This document shows, piece by piece, positions 51,292 to 64,000 of a DNA stretch of 64,000 nt. Source of the stretch: Eledone cirrhosa (taxonomy: Eukaryota). How positions within the stretch are numbered: position 1 is the first letter of the stretch; each line of letters starts with the position of its first letter. The stretch covers positions 25,978,001 to 26,042,000 of the forward strand of contig OZ024750.1 in the NCBI GenBank assembly GCA_964016885.1, read 5' to 3'. Both the position numbers and the translations under genes were made by a program. The notes beneath the pieces are model-generated. The model searched no databases. It was not told where the DNA came from and saw nothing but the letters and a program-made list of their open reading frames with translations.

Positions 51292-51577
51292 TGATGTTAT
51301 ATTCTTATAGAAATCTAGTAAATAATCAGGAGCTGATTATGCAGAGCGGTTGTTGGTCAGGCAGAAATTAAAAATTAGAATTGTAGCTCTGAAATAGCAA
51401 TATATATATGGATGTATATATAATGTATTTTGCAATACACTTTATGTTTAATTAAAAGCATTTTGAAGACCGTAAGCTATCGTTTTAAAGTAGTGACAAA
51501 TTCACTCACTGACCAACAACCGCTCTGCATAATCAGCTCCTAATTATTTACTAGATTTCTATAAGAATATAACATCA

Positions 51578-51674
51578 TTGATCTCAGTAGACAGGCGGGG
51601 TAGTTGGCCTTGATAAGCTTCAACAAAAGCGAAACATGTCATGTCGGCTTATCTCCCCTGTTTGCTGAGATCAA
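51578..51674 (+). ncRNA. U3-A8 variant hammerhead, inverted unit
   Basis: ttgatctcagtagacagg...gcc-TTGATAA(51610-51616)-gctt..aagc-GAAACAT-gtc-ATGTC-ggc...cctgtttgctgagatcaa. Confidence 0.8.
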
Positions 51675-51927
51675 AGTGAGTGAATTTGTCACTACTTTAA
51701 AACGATAGCTTACGGTCTTCAAAATGCTTTTAATTAAGCATAAAGTGTATTGCAAAATACATTATATATACATCCATATATATATATATATGTATGTATA
51801 TATTATATATATAGGATAACAGTTTATCGAATATTAATAACATTCGATTCGCTTGCAATTATGCAAACAAGCCTCAATTTTATAGCCATGACAGTAGAAT
51901 GAAGACTTCAATCTTGCTCCTGTGTTA

Positions 51928-51967
51928 GCAGACACTAATGTTTCTGGGTATCACCCTTCATCAGTGC
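51928..51967 (-). ncRNA. Family A hammerhead, shortened stem I
   Basis: gca-CTGATGA-agggtgataccca-GAAACA-ttag-TGTC-tgc. Confidence 0.65.
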
Positions 51968-52376
51968 AGTCCACTGTTCTTCTACAAAACCGTCAGAGCC
52001 AGTGAAAATATATACTATTTTCAAAAATACAGAGTGACTCATTGGCCTCATTTGCATATCAGTAGACTGGCCTGTCAGTTTCCTGTATACGAGAGATAAA
52101 TGGCCGACTTTGCCAAATTTAAATAAAAGAGACAATTTATATATACAAATATATACACAACAAAGCCTGCAGCTCCATTCTCCTACGCTGTCTCCTCTCC
52201 CTTTCTCTATGTCCCTCTTTCAATCTACTCTCTTACAACCACTATATCTCTCTCTCTATCTTTCACTCTCTGTCGTGTGTGTTGGTGTGTGGTGGGTGCA
52301 GGTGTGTGCGTGCATGTGTGTGTATGTGTGTGTGTGAAATATGATGTTTAATATAGAAATCTTATATATATTTCAG

Positions 52377-52511
52377 AATGCCGAATAGGAAAGTTTGGTG
52401 TTGATTGTAAAGAGACATGCCATTGTATCAACAACACAAACTGTGACCATCGAAATGGAAGTTGTTCAGATGGATGTACTGCAGGTCATACTGGTGACAA
52501 TTGCCAAGAAA
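52377..52511 (+). CDS. EGF-like repeat exon 8 (135 bp)
   Basis: ECRIGKFGVDCKETCHCINNTNCDHRNGSCSDGCTAGHTGDNCQE; AG/GT. Confidence 0.8.
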
Positions 52512-52681
52512 GTATATCATAAACTTGTTACATAATTACAATAATTACTATATACACACACACATATATATGTGTATGTGTGTGTGTGTGTGTGTGGGGG
52601 GGGGGGGGTACAGGTGTGTATGTGCATGTGTTTGTGTGTGTAAATATGATGTTTAATATAGAAATCTTATATATATTTCAG

Positions 52682-52816
52682 ATTGCCCAGTAGGATGGTT
52701 TGGTGTTAATTGTAAAGGGACATGCCATTGTAACGACAATATTAACTGTGACATCCTTAATGGAAGTTGTTCAGATGGATGTACTACAGGTTATGTTGGT
52801 GACAATTGCCAAGAAG
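52682..52816 (+). CDS. EGF-like repeat exon 9 (135 bp)
   Basis: CPVGWFGVNCKGTCHCNDNINCDILNGSCSDGCTTGYVGDNCQE; AG/GT. Confidence 0.8.
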
Positions 52817-52907
52817 GTATCTCATAAACTTGTTACGTATTTGCTACACACACACACACACACATACACACACACATTTACACACACACACACACACACT
52901 CACTTCA

Positions 52908-53589
52908 ATCTAGATTCTCACTTGTAAATTTTTGAATTTTTAATTTTTGATTCCTGACTATTGATTTTTAATTTTTAGTTTTAATTTCCAACTCTCATTC
53001 ATAATTTCCACTGTGAAACCATAATACCTAGAATTAAGTATATTTTCTCTTAGAGGTTGATGGTCAATGCTACTGTCCATCCTTAATGTAGGGTAGTATT
53101 GAGACCTATTGATACTCACACTCTCCCAACCCCACTAGCTTTCGGCTGACTGCCACTGACCGGGTGGCTAACAGTAAACCATATATTACAGGCCTGAATA
53201 GGTCTGTGTTTGTTTGGGAGGGGGAACGGCCTAGGCGAATTTCGTTGAATTCTGATGTAGCTGATGGTCAATCCTTCGGACCTGCGCCTGCGCAGACCGG
53301 TGGGGGTCAATTGGTACTCACAAGGGAAACGGACGAAGAACCCTAGAACACACACTTCGTCCGTTCCCATGTCGATTCAATTTGGATGGCCTCGGAAACA
53401 TAACCTGACGATGTCGCGGCACTGGCGCACGGAATAGTCTGTCCAATGTCGCCATTGAAATATGTATCACAGCATTATTATTAAAGGACTTTAACATCTG
53501 AAACTACTTATTCGATATTTACTCCGTCACTCCTATGTGGAATAAGTACGTTGAGTGCTTCAATTGAATTACATCAATATTTACCTTAA

Positions 53590-53590
<1 letters not shown>
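52908..53590 (+). mobile_element. PLE 3'/pLTR fragment in intron
   Basis: KPYITGLNR-like end, HHR at 53405-53473 (5' stem I strand deleted), ends in (TA)n. Confidence 0.55.
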
Positions 53591-53660
<70 letters not shown>

Positions 53661-53795
53661 AATGTAAATTGAGTTTTTTTTCGAATATTAATAGCATTCG
53701 ATTCGCTTGCAATTATGCAAACAAGCCTGAATTTTATAGCCATGTCAGTAGAATGAACACTTCATTCTTGCTCCTGTGTTGGCATGCGAAGAGAA

Positions 53796-53839
53796 CTGCA
53801 GACACTGATGTTTCTGGGATTCACCCTTCATCAGTACAG
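53796..53839 (-). ncRNA. Family A hammerhead
   Basis: ctgta-CTGATGA-a ggg tgaat ccc a-GAAACA-tcag-TGTC-tgcag; canonical GUC. Confidence 0.85.
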
Positions 53840-54297
53840 CCCACTGTTATCCTGTAACACCGTCAGAGCCAGTGAAAATATATACTATTTTCAAAAATAC
53901 ACAGTAACTCATCGGCCTAATTTGCATATCAGCAGACTGGCTGATCAGTCAGATCTGCATATTAGCCAGATTTGCAAATCAGCAGACTGGCCAGTCAGTT
54001 TCCTGTATACGAGCGTTAAATGGCCAACTTTGCCAAATTTAAATAAAAGAGACAATTTATATATACAAATTTATACACAACAAAGCCTGCAGCTCCATTC
54101 TTCTCTGCTGTCTACACTCCCTCTCTCTGTCCCTCTTTCAAGCTACTCTCTTACCACCACTATCTCTCTCTCTCTATCTTTCACTCTCTCTTGTGTGTGT
54201 GTGTGTGTGGGTTTGTGGTGGATGCAGGTGTGTATGTGCATGTGTGTGTGTGTGTGTAAGTATGATGTTTAATATAAAAATCTTATATATATTTCAG

Positions 54298-54432
54298 AAT
54301 GCCGAATAGGAAAGTTTGGTGTTAATTGTACAGGGACATGCCATTGTATCAACAACACAAACTGTGACCATCGAAATGGAAGATGTTCAGATGGATGTAC
54401 TGCAGGTCATACTGGTGACAATTGCCAAGAAG
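54298..54432 (+). CDS. EGF-like repeat exon 10 (135 bp)
   Basis: ECRIGKFGVNCTGTCHCINNTNCDHRNGRCSDGCTAGHTGDNCQE; AG/GT. Confidence 0.8.
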
Positions 54433-54617
54433 GTATATCATAAACTTGTTACATAATTACTATAATTACTCTATACACCCACACACATATATATGTGTAT
54501 GTGTGTGTTTGTGTGTGTTTGTATGTGTGTGTGTGTGTGGGGGGGGGGGCGATGTATGTGCATGAGTTTGTGTGTGTAAATATGATGTTTAATATAGAAA
54601 TGTTATATATATTTCAG

Positions 54618-54752
54618 ATTGCCCAGTAGGATGGTTTGGTGTTAATTGTACAGGGACATGCCATTGTAACGACAACATTAACTGTGACATCCTTAATGGA
54701 AGTTGTTCAGATGGATGTACTACAGGTTATGTTGATGACAATTGCCAAGAAG
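54618..54752 (+). CDS. EGF-like repeat exon 11 (135 bp)
   Basis: DCPVGWFGVNCTGTCHCNDNINCDILNGSCSDGCTTGYVDDNCQE; AG/GT. Confidence 0.8.
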
Positions 54753-54779
54753 GTATATCATAAACGTGTTACGTATTCG

Positions 54780-54913
<134 letters not shown>

Positions 54914-54916
54914 TCC

Positions 54917-55506
54917 AATCTAGATTCTCACTTGTAAATTTTTGAATTTCTAATTTTTTGATTCCTGATTTTTGATTTTTAATTTTTAGTTTTAATTTCC
55001 AACTCTCATTCATAATTTCCACTGTGAAACCATAATACCTAGAATTAAGTATATTTTCTCTTAGAGGTTGATGGTCAATTCTACTGTCCATCCTTATTGT
55101 AGGGTAGTATTGAGACCTATTGATACTCACCCTCTCCCAACCCCACTAGCTTTCGGCTGACTGCCACTGACGGAGTGGATAGCAGTAAACTATATATTAC
55201 AGGCCTGAATAGGTCATTGTTTGGTTGAGAGGGGGAACTGCCTAGGCGAATTTCGTTGAACTCTGAGGTAGCTGATGGTCAACTTCATTCGGACCTGCGC
55301 CTGCGCAGACCGGTGGGGGTGAATTGGTACTCACAAGGGAAACGGACGAAGAACCCAAGAACACACACTTCGTCCGTTACCATGTCGATTCAATTTGGAT
55401 TGCCTCGGAAACATAACCTTATTATTTAACAAGCTGTCTGACGATGTCGCGGCACTGGCGCACGGAACAGCCTGTCCACTCTCGCCATTGAAATATGTAT
55501 CACAGT
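54917..55506 (+). mobile_element. PLE 3'/pLTR fragment, duplicate of 52908-53473
   Basis: Colinear match; ends exactly at the HHR stem I. Confidence 0.55.
55433..55506 (+). ncRNA. Type-I hammerhead (sense, intronic)
   Basis: gctgt-CTGACGA-[45-nt stem-loop II]-GAAAT-atgt-ATC-acagt. Confidence 0.7.
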
Positions 55507-55562
55507 GGTGGTGGGATAATGGCAGGGTGTATTGGGCTGGGACAGGGGAGGAGAGAGTTAGT

Positions 55563-55581
55563 TAGGTAGTAGCAGTAGTAA

Positions 55582-55646
<65 letters not shown>
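55563..55646. repeat. (TAG)n microsatellite
   Basis: About 27 units. Confidence 0.9.
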
Positions 55647-55647
<1 letters not shown>

Positions 55648-56393
55648 CAGAAGAAATGGCATGCTGAGGTTTGATTTGTCGAATAGTCTATGGTGGTGTG
55701 AGGGGGTGGGCGTGAGGGAATTTGGGAGGTAGGGAGAGAGGGTCGCCGTCAAGATGGGTGACTGGATCGAAGCCAAATCAACTTTAGTGATTCATGGGCG
55801 AAGAGGGAACGGGAGCTAATGGGTGGCTTAGAGATAGATAGAGAGAGGGTAGCCATCATAGAGAGAGAGATAGAGAGGGGGTAGCCATCACAGAGAGAGA
55901 GGGTCGCCGCATGGCAAAATAGCCGATAGAATACATCAACAATAATATTAATAATAATAGCGTCATGGCCTGAAGCCTTCAAGATGGAAAAATAGACGGA
56001 GACGAGGAAATATAGACAGAGTCAGCATGGTAGTAGAATAACAAATTGGCTGTGAGGTAGGTAGCTAAATACCTTCGTAAAATTTGTATGGATGGATGAC
56101 TGGAACGAAGCCAAATCAACTCTAGTGATTCATTGCATATTTTGCATATTAGCAGACTGGCTGACATATACCAATATATACACAACAAAGCCTGCAGCTC
56201 CATACTCCTTCGCTGTCTCCTCTCCCTCTCTCTATGTCCCTCTTTCCATCTCCTTTCTTACAACTACTATCTCTTTCTCTCTATCTTTCACTCTCTCTTG
56301 TGTGTGGGGGTGCGGGTGTGTATGTGCATGTGTGTGTGTGTGTGTGTGTTTGTAAATATGATGTTTAATATAGAAATCTCACATATATTTCAG

Positions 56394-56528
56394 AATGCCG
56401 AATAGGAATGGTTGGTGTTAATTGTACAGGGACATGCCATTGTATCAAGAACATTAACTGTGACCATCGAAATGGAAGTTGTTCAGATGGATGTTCTGCA
56501 GGTTATACTGGTGACAATTGCCAAGAAG
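56394..56528 (+). CDS. EGF-like repeat exon 12 (135 bp)
   Basis: ECRIGMVGVNCTGTCHCIKNINCDHRNGSCSDGCSAGYTGDNCQE; AG/GT. Confidence 0.8.
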
Positions 56529-56708
56529 GTATATCATAAACTTGTTACATAATTACGATAATTACAAACACACACATATATATATGTGTGTGTTTGTGTG
56601 TGTTTGTGTATGGGGGGGGGGGGGTTGCAGATGCGGGTGTGTATGTGCATGTGCATGTGTTTGTGTGTAAATATGATGTTTAATATAGAAATCTTATATA
56701 TATTTCAG

Positions 56709-56854
56709 AATGCCGAATAGGAAAGTTTGGTCTCAATTGTAATAGGACATGCCATTGTATCAACAACACAAACTGTGACCATCGAAATGGAACATGTTCA
56801 GATGAAGCTACTGCAAGTCTTATTGGTAACAATTGCCTAGAAGGGATATCATAA
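56709..56854 (+). CDS. EGF-like repeat exon 13, putative terminal exon
   Basis: ECRIGKFGLNCNRTCHCINNTNCDHRNGTCSDEATASLIGNNCLEGIS*; donor GT>GG, reads through to TAA at 56852-56854. Confidence 0.65.
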
Positions 56855-56870
56855 ACTTGTTACGTATTTA

Positions 56871-56948
<78 letters not shown>

Positions 56949-57049
56949 CCACACACACACACACACATACACTCACACATACACACGCATACACTCACAC
57001 ACGCACAAACGCACACACGCATATATATTTTTTTTGGCCTGTCTATGTG

Positions 57050-57081
<32 letters not shown>

Positions 57082-57245
57082 CATGTGTTTGTGTGTTTGA
57101 TGTTTAATATAGAAATCAATTCTACTGGACTAGAATAGTTTTATCCAAAGAAAACATCATGAAATGGCTTTCCTGATGATTACGTTTGAATGAAATAGTT
57201 CTAATAGTTTTAAATGTATATATATATATATTCTATATATATATA

Positions 57246-59265
57246 GAACTGGTCATTCCGTATGGTCCACCTCGATGTAATATTATGGTGAGCACTCAAC
57301 GTAATGCAACTCAACTGTCTTCGTTTGTGTTGTTGGTGGTGCGAGTACGGAGTTAATTATTATAGAATAACAGGAGGCTGGACTGGTGTAATTCCTTGAA
57401 AGGTTTATTATACTATGATCATTTCAATGACAGGGTTCAGTATGAATCCGGTGACATCATCAGGTATTCAGAATATAACAAAGGAATATAATAGACAAAA
57501 TCCATGGGGCTGAAAATCAGAGACATGAGGACGACCGAACATTCAGGAGCTTCTACCTCGGTCGACCGCCCCCAATTGTTTCTATACAGATGAGAGACGT
57601 GTATTTACGCTTAAACAATGAATCAATCTGTTACAATTAATAATTTATGTCCGGTGTTACTACGTTAGCATAGCAAATTGCATTACTAATGATTTAGAAT
57701 AGTGATACTTTTACTATCATGAGTGTGAATTGCAGTTGTTGAAAGATGTAGTGAACAATTAAGTTGATATAATAGACTTAAACATGCTTACGTTCAATTA
57801 TATCATACCATATATAAACGCAAGCCTCTCCGAGATATTAACATACCAAGCAAGTTAGAGGTGTAATATCTTAGACGGTTATCATAAGACCATACGTTAG
57901 GAAGTACGTCTGTAGACGCATAGCCTAAAAAATACGCACGGGTGGGTATATTCATATATAAACATACGTACGCACGTGTTTGTACATCCTCCAATGCATA
58001 TACTCGTAAATATACGCAGATACATAGAATAAGTGTACATGCACACATGGTAATACGAGGTACGTAATATAGTTAGTACCAGTTATAAGACACAAACCGG
58101 TATTCACACGCAGTAGTGCATTTTGATAGAATTCTTTACATTTCCGGAAATATTCGTTGTTCGACCATATCTTAAAGAAGTGGAAAATTGTGAATTTTCC
58201 CTTCCCGCATGATGCGAAGTGTTCACTGCATGTGGTGTTTCTGACAGAGGGATCTCCAATTTATTTTTTATGGACCCGAACCCTATCATGTAGACCCGTT
58301 CTCAAATGTAGTATTCTTCACGTTGTGGGCAGGTCACACAATAAATTAAGGTTTTTGTTTTGCAATTCACGCTTGCCTTAAATTTGAAAATGTCATTTAT
58401 TCAAAAGGAGATTTGCCCTCTCTCTTCAATGAATAAACAAGTTCCGTATTAAGGGTTCCCGCATTTCTTAACTTGCATTGATTCATTGTCAGACGTAAAT
58501 TTCGCCTTAATAAACAGTATTTTTAAAGTTAGGTGCTTGGCGTCTACTATATAGTATTTGTGAGTCTTTTATGAGTGCTTTCATTTTGGAGGACTGCTTG
58601 AGAATCGGGAGATATTGTTTAGCGTCTTTCACGATGTTGAAGTTCCATGGATTGTAAGTGACGATAAAAGGGATAACTGCTTTTCCCCTTTTATTTTGTA
58701 GATTAATTTTCCCTCAGTTTTGTCACTGGGCTATTCTGGGCCTTGGAGATGGCCGTATTGATGAAGATCACCGGATAGTCTATTAAGGAGCTCTTTTAGT
58801 TCATATAATCTGTTTTCCTTTAGTGTGGTTTGTGTTTCTATGGTGCAATTGCGTTTTATCATATAAAAGGGAATGTACCTTTTGGTATGTGAGAGGTGTG
58901 CTGACCGGAAATTCAAGTACTGGTGTGTGTCTGTTCGTTTGTAAAATAGGTCTGTTTTTATATTTTCCCCTTCTTTAATGATAGTGATATCCCAAAACGG
59001 TCGTTCCTTTTTATTTCAATCCATGGTAAATTGTCTTGCTTCGTGAAGCCTGTTTATGATGAAATGGAATATTTGTAGGTCTCCTTGGCTTCTATTAAAG
59101 AAGATGAAGCAGTCGTCAAGGTAACATTTCCAGTTGTTATTAATGTAGCTGGCAAAGTCGTGACTGAAAGCTTCTTGCAGCTGGGAATATAATTTTACCT
59201 CTAGGTGACCCAAGACGAGTGTTACATATGTTGGGGCTACTTTGGTGCCCATGGGTGTTTCTGTT
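57246..59265 (-). mobile_element. Decayed Penelope-like element (Neptune-like), 5'-truncated
   Basis: [15 protein letters not shown]...WKCYLDDCF (59016-59252); YLNFRSAH..HTKR.IPF; GIY-YIG-like LIYCVTCPQREEYYI near 58300-58350; 3' pLTR with HHR ends at (TA)n. Confidence 0.8.
57410..57467 (-). ncRNA. Type-I hammerhead in the Neptune-like pLTR
   Basis: atac-CTGATGA-[stem II]-GAAAT-gatc-ATA-gtat; palindromic ATGATCAT. Confidence 0.7.
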
Positions 59266-59327
59266 GTGTATGTATGTATATATTCCTGCGATTGTCTGTT
59301 TTTTCTTTTTTGTTTTCTGTTATTCCG

Positions 59328-59442
<115 letters not shown>

Positions 59443-60791
59443 ATATTTTACCTTTGAACAGTATTACAAGGACTACATCCCGGTTATATCGCGATGATTT
59501 TATCGATTCCATTATTGTTACTTGTACTTGTGATTGCAGTGGTGTCGTACAGGTATGTGATTTCTTGTATCAATACAATTGTTAGAAGTAATTAGTGAAT
59601 TTCAATCTGTCTGATGTTTAGATTTAGAATCAATAAAATTGTATTTTTCTTTTATATTTCTATATTGTGTAATTGATCTCCATATGTTTCAGCGATGAGT
59701 TTTCAATATGAACACTTATTCTCCCAGTTAGGTTGTTCGGTGAATATTAATGACCACGTATAATATTAAATGTACTAATTGCAGTCGTTTGACTAATTAT
59801 TGCCTCATAATTTGACCAGGACATTTAAAAAATTTCTTTTCCACACAAACATAGTAATTGTGTTTGATAGGCTAAAACAAGCTTTGCCTTGATGTTATTT
59901 CAATAGAAATACATCAGGCATAAAGTTGGAAACTGTAAAGTATTACATCATGTTCTCAATATTGTGAATTTCCTATATATTTCATATTAGTATTTTATTG
60001 TTTTGACTAGAAATATTTTGATTAGCTAATTACATTTTCTATAGCCCAAGCAATATCAAGTTTATTTTTTATACCGTTACAAGTACAAAATGTCACGAGT
60101 CATAGGCATACTTATTGAAACAGTTCTATAATTGAGTCTAATATGTTAGAATCTTTTAAAAATATCCTTTAACAAATACTCGTACGAATTAAATACAAAA
60201 TTTTCAGTCGAAAACAAAAGCAAATTACTTCAAATTATATAATTTTGAAAAATAGACGTGAATGTTCTCAAAGACTTGACCTCAGTCGAATAATCTTTTT
60301 TTAATTTTTATTCTATATTTTACTGTTAGCTGTTGACATATTTTGAGTGGATAGACAATACTACAATTCAAACTGTAAAGTCAAAATATAAAAGATACAA
60401 AATGTGAAGGATTTCTTACCTTTCTCTGGAATCTCAAACTCAAGGGAAAAATAGTACCTTGCAAAATAGAGTGCTTCGATCACAAACTTAGTTGCAAAGA
60501 ATAAATTGAGATGCTTGGTGACAGTGAGCAAGAAAAATCTGTATCCCTTATATATATAGATAGATAGATAGACACGCACACACATGCACGCACACACGCA
60601 CACACACATACACGCACACACAAACTTGTGTGTGTGTGCGTGTGTGTGTGTGTGCCTTGTTTTTGGTACAGAAAGAATTTTTGTCTCCAGTTTATATTTC
60701 CGTATTGCCGGGTCAAGGCCACTGTTCTGTTCAACAACGTAAAATAACGCCATACAGACACGTATATATATATATATATATATACAGACAC

Positions 60792-60830
<39 letters not shown>

Positions 60831-60956
60831 CACGTATATATATATATATATATATACATATGTAGTGATAGAACACTGGAAGGTAATATCCGTAGTGGTT
60901 GAGCACTCTGTCCATGGGACGAGTTAGGTAGAAGTGGTTACACAACAGTTAGTTCA

Positions 60957-61005
60957 CCATACCGAGAACAATTGTTTCATCTTAGCGGATCCTCAGCTCG
61001 TAATG
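60957..61005 (-). ncRNA. Hammerhead in inverted pLTR
   Basis: cattacgag-CTGAGGA-tccgctaagat-GAAAC-aatt-GTT-ctcggtatgg. Confidence 0.7.
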
Positions 61006-63041
61006 AATATCGTTATACGTAACAGGAAGTACAACTGTACGAACGCGCATGCGCAGAAACGATCACTTCACACAGGCAATACTAAATTGCGTGTAGGAGG
61101 TGTGAGGGAGATAACTGCGAAACACCCTAGCACCTTTCAAACTCAACTTAGAAATGAAAGTAAGAAATTTAGGTCTTCTAATATCATTTTCATTCTTTCC
61201 GACAAAACTAATAATATTTACGAAGTCCACAACACCACTTTCCGCCACTTGGCCCATAACACTATTACTTCCAACAGCTAACCCTATGGCCTACCACGGC
61301 ATTAATACAGAAACCAAAGAACTTGCCGCCGCCCTTACGGTAGATAAGAAGCTACAATCTCTAGCTAAGCGGGAAGCGTTCCTCACCCTGAAAAATCACA
61401 AGGTAGACTTTACTTCTAACCCCACAATAAACCTGGCACGCACATATATGGGACTAGTCAGTAAGGCCATATTTAGAAACATAGTTAAGACCATTTGGAC
61501 CAAGTCCAACCTGTCCCAGGGGGAGAACAGCGACTCCGTAATTAAGTGGTTTAACTCCTTCAAATACAAAAAAGCGAAGTTCACACAGTTTGACATTGTT
61601 TATTTTTACCCGTCGATCTGAGAGACCCTGTTAAACAAAGCGTTGGACTTTGCTACCACTTACACTACCGTCGATGTTTTCGACAGGGAAATCATCGCTC
61701 ACTGCCGGAAAACCCTCCTCTTCAACAACGGATTAGCCTGGTCAAAGAAGTCAACAACTTCAGACCTATTCGACGTCTCAATGGGATCATTTGACAGTGC
61801 TGACGTATGCGACTTGGTTGTCCTATTTATTTAAGACATATTACACGGGAATATACCGCGACGATGGACTGACCGGTTTAAAAAAGACTTAGCTTCTAGC
61901 TTCAATGAGCTAGAACTGAGGATAACAGTAGCTACCAACCTCTCTAGCGTAGATTTCTTAGACATTAATTTAGACCTTCGCACACACACCTACAGACTCT
62001 TCCATAAACTAAACGAAAAACTCAATTACATACACAAGGACTCACGCCACCCTCCCACTATTTTTAGAAACTTCGTAAATAATATCAGTACTAGAATCTC
62101 AAACCTCTCCTCTAATAAGGCTATCCTTGACAGGGCGGCACGCTATTATAACACGGCGTTATCTAACAGCGGCTTCTCGCAACCTATCACTTACTCTCCC
62201 ACTAACAACAACATCAATAAGAAAAGAAAGCGTAACAATAGACAAACTATCTGGTTCTCTCCTCCCTTCTCACTCAACGTTGAAACCAATGTAGGCAAAA
62301 AATGTCTAGCCCTCTTAGATAGACATTTTCCCATAGGTCATAAATACTGCTCCATCTTTAACCGACACAAAGTAAAACTAGGATACTCCTGCGCTAAGAA
62401 CAACAAGGCCCACATCACCAACAGCCCTAAGAGAAACACCCTACCAGGGTGCTCTTGCCGTAAACCCGACGCTTGTCCTCTTCAACAGCAATCCAACACA
62501 CCCGCTGTGGTCACTTCCAACCGACCAAATCAACCACAGGAGGTCAAATGCTATGTGGGCATGGCGGAGGGCCGATTTAAGGACCGCTTCCTGAACCACA
62601 AGTCGACCTTCACGTACCCGGCTAGACGTTCATCCACGAAACTCGCTAGCCACGTATGGACCCTCAAGGACTCAAGTATAGACCACTCCATTCAATGGAA
62701 ATCCATCACTAAGTCTAAGCCATACGCAAGGGGCAATCCGTCGTGTGGATTATGTATTGATGGACGAATAAATATTCTAAAGAGATTACGCAATAGTGAT
62801 TGCCTAAACACGAGGAATGAATTCTTCACACATTGTCCACACGTCTGGAAACACCTCTTCCATAACTACAAATCTCCGGATTGAATTCCAACAGCATCCT
62901 AATTTTCTTAACTACAAAATTTCGTACTTTCGCAGTTATCTCCCTTACACCTCTCGCACGCAATTTAGTATTGCCTGTGAAGTGATCGTTTCTGTGTATG
63001 AGCGTTCGAACAGTTGTCCTTCCTGTTCCGTATAACTATGT

Positions 63042-63091
63042 CCATTACGAGCTGAGGATCCGTTAAGGTGAAACAATTGTTCACAGTATGG
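63042..63091 (+). ncRNA. Hammerhead in 3' pLTR, stem I mutated
   Basis: CTGAGGA 63052-63058, GAAAC aatt GTT cac. Confidence 0.6.
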
Positions 63092-63113
63092 TGAACTAAC
63101 TGTTGTGTAATCA

Positions 63114-63258
<145 letters not shown>

Positions 63259-63460
63259 GTATATATATATATATATATATAACGTAGGAGGTGTGGTACG
63301 GAATCAGATGGACCATAATGCACCAGATTACTCAATACTTGGGTAGTAGAGTGGGTAATAGGAAAATGTTTAATCCGTTTCGACGGCTGTTTCTGGACTC
63401 CAGAAATAGCCGTCGAAACGGCTTGAGCACTGCCGTCGGGGTTAAACATTTTCCTATATA

Positions 63461-63517
<57 letters not shown>

Positions 63518-63579
63518 GAAGAGAGAATGTGGGTAGGACAGAGAGAGAGTAAGAAATGTGTTAGTGTGTTTGCTACCCG

Positions 63580-63614
<35 letters not shown>

Positions 63615-63615
63615 C
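63580..63615 (+). repeat. (TATC)n; second empty paralog of the LINE target
   Basis: Same flanks as 1695-1775. Confidence 0.9.
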
Positions 63616-63712
63616 TCAAACAGGGGGCTGAATCACACGGCCCCGCAAACTACTTTTCTATGGCCCTTGGTAGAACCAATATTTCAGATTCCATTATAAC
63701 TGGTGAAAATAA

Positions 63713-63928
63713 GGCGGTGAGCTGGTGGAATCGTTAGCACATCTGGCGAAATACTTAGCGGTACTTCTTCCGTGTTAACGTTGTTAGTTCATATTCCGCC
63801 GATCTCAACTTTGCTTTTTATCCTTTTGGAGTCGATAATCTAAGTACCAGTTGTGAACTGGGATCGATGTAATCGACTGGACCGTAAACCCCAAATTTCC
63901 TGCCTTGTGTCTATAGTAGAAATAATTG
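63713..63928 (+). mobile_element. SINE (Deu/Nin-like family)
   Basis: Paralog of 1876-2090. Confidence 0.7.
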
Positions 63929-64000
63929 TAACTGGTGAAAATCATCACCCACCACAACATTTGGCCCACTGTGCCTCTCCTCCAGGACGTAATGGCCGTT

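Larger units (their letters stand above)
50424..51785 (-). mobile_element. Retrozyme/PLE-pLTR-like tandem array: three ~316-bp units, one partial unit and one inverted unit
   Basis: attagaattggagctctg starts at 50424, 50740, 51058 and 51374; inversion from 51510; one HHR per full unit; (TA)n flanks. Confidence 0.85.

Noticed and set aside
50424-51510. CRISPR-like array
   Set aside because: Whole units are identical with no unique spacers, no cas genes, eukaryotic context
57173-57210. CTGATGA-ttacgtttgaat-GAAAT-agttcta-ATA
   Set aside because: Stem I does not pair and stem II is weak

Overview
AT-rich, microsatellite-saturated animal genomic DNA. The SINE types and TE spectrum suggest a mollusc, probably a cephalopod such as Octopus (inference). 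Four layers stand out. (1) A Tx1/L1-clade LINE family sits only in (TATC)n tracts and always in one orientation. It forms a 9.1-kb head-to-tail stack (21675-30765) with one full-length two-ORF copy, plus a second stack (7241-9440). Two paralogous empty (TATC)n sites occur in the same window. (2) A spliced gene invisible to the ORF track: 13 tandem phase-1 exons (39254-56854), each encoding an 8-Cys MEGF/CED-1/SCARF-type EGF-like module. (3) About 30 type-I hammerhead ribozyme (HHR) motifs of at least 10 sequence families, tied to Penelope-like element (PLE) ends. They include a retrozyme-like ~316-bp tandem array with a compensatory U3-A8 core and paired sense/antisense HHRs in the EGF-gene introns. 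(4) Decayed PLEs, RTE, R4-like and CRE-like LINEs, SINEs, MITE ends and segmental duplications (the window start repeats at the window end). All calls are by eye; no database search or folding program was run.
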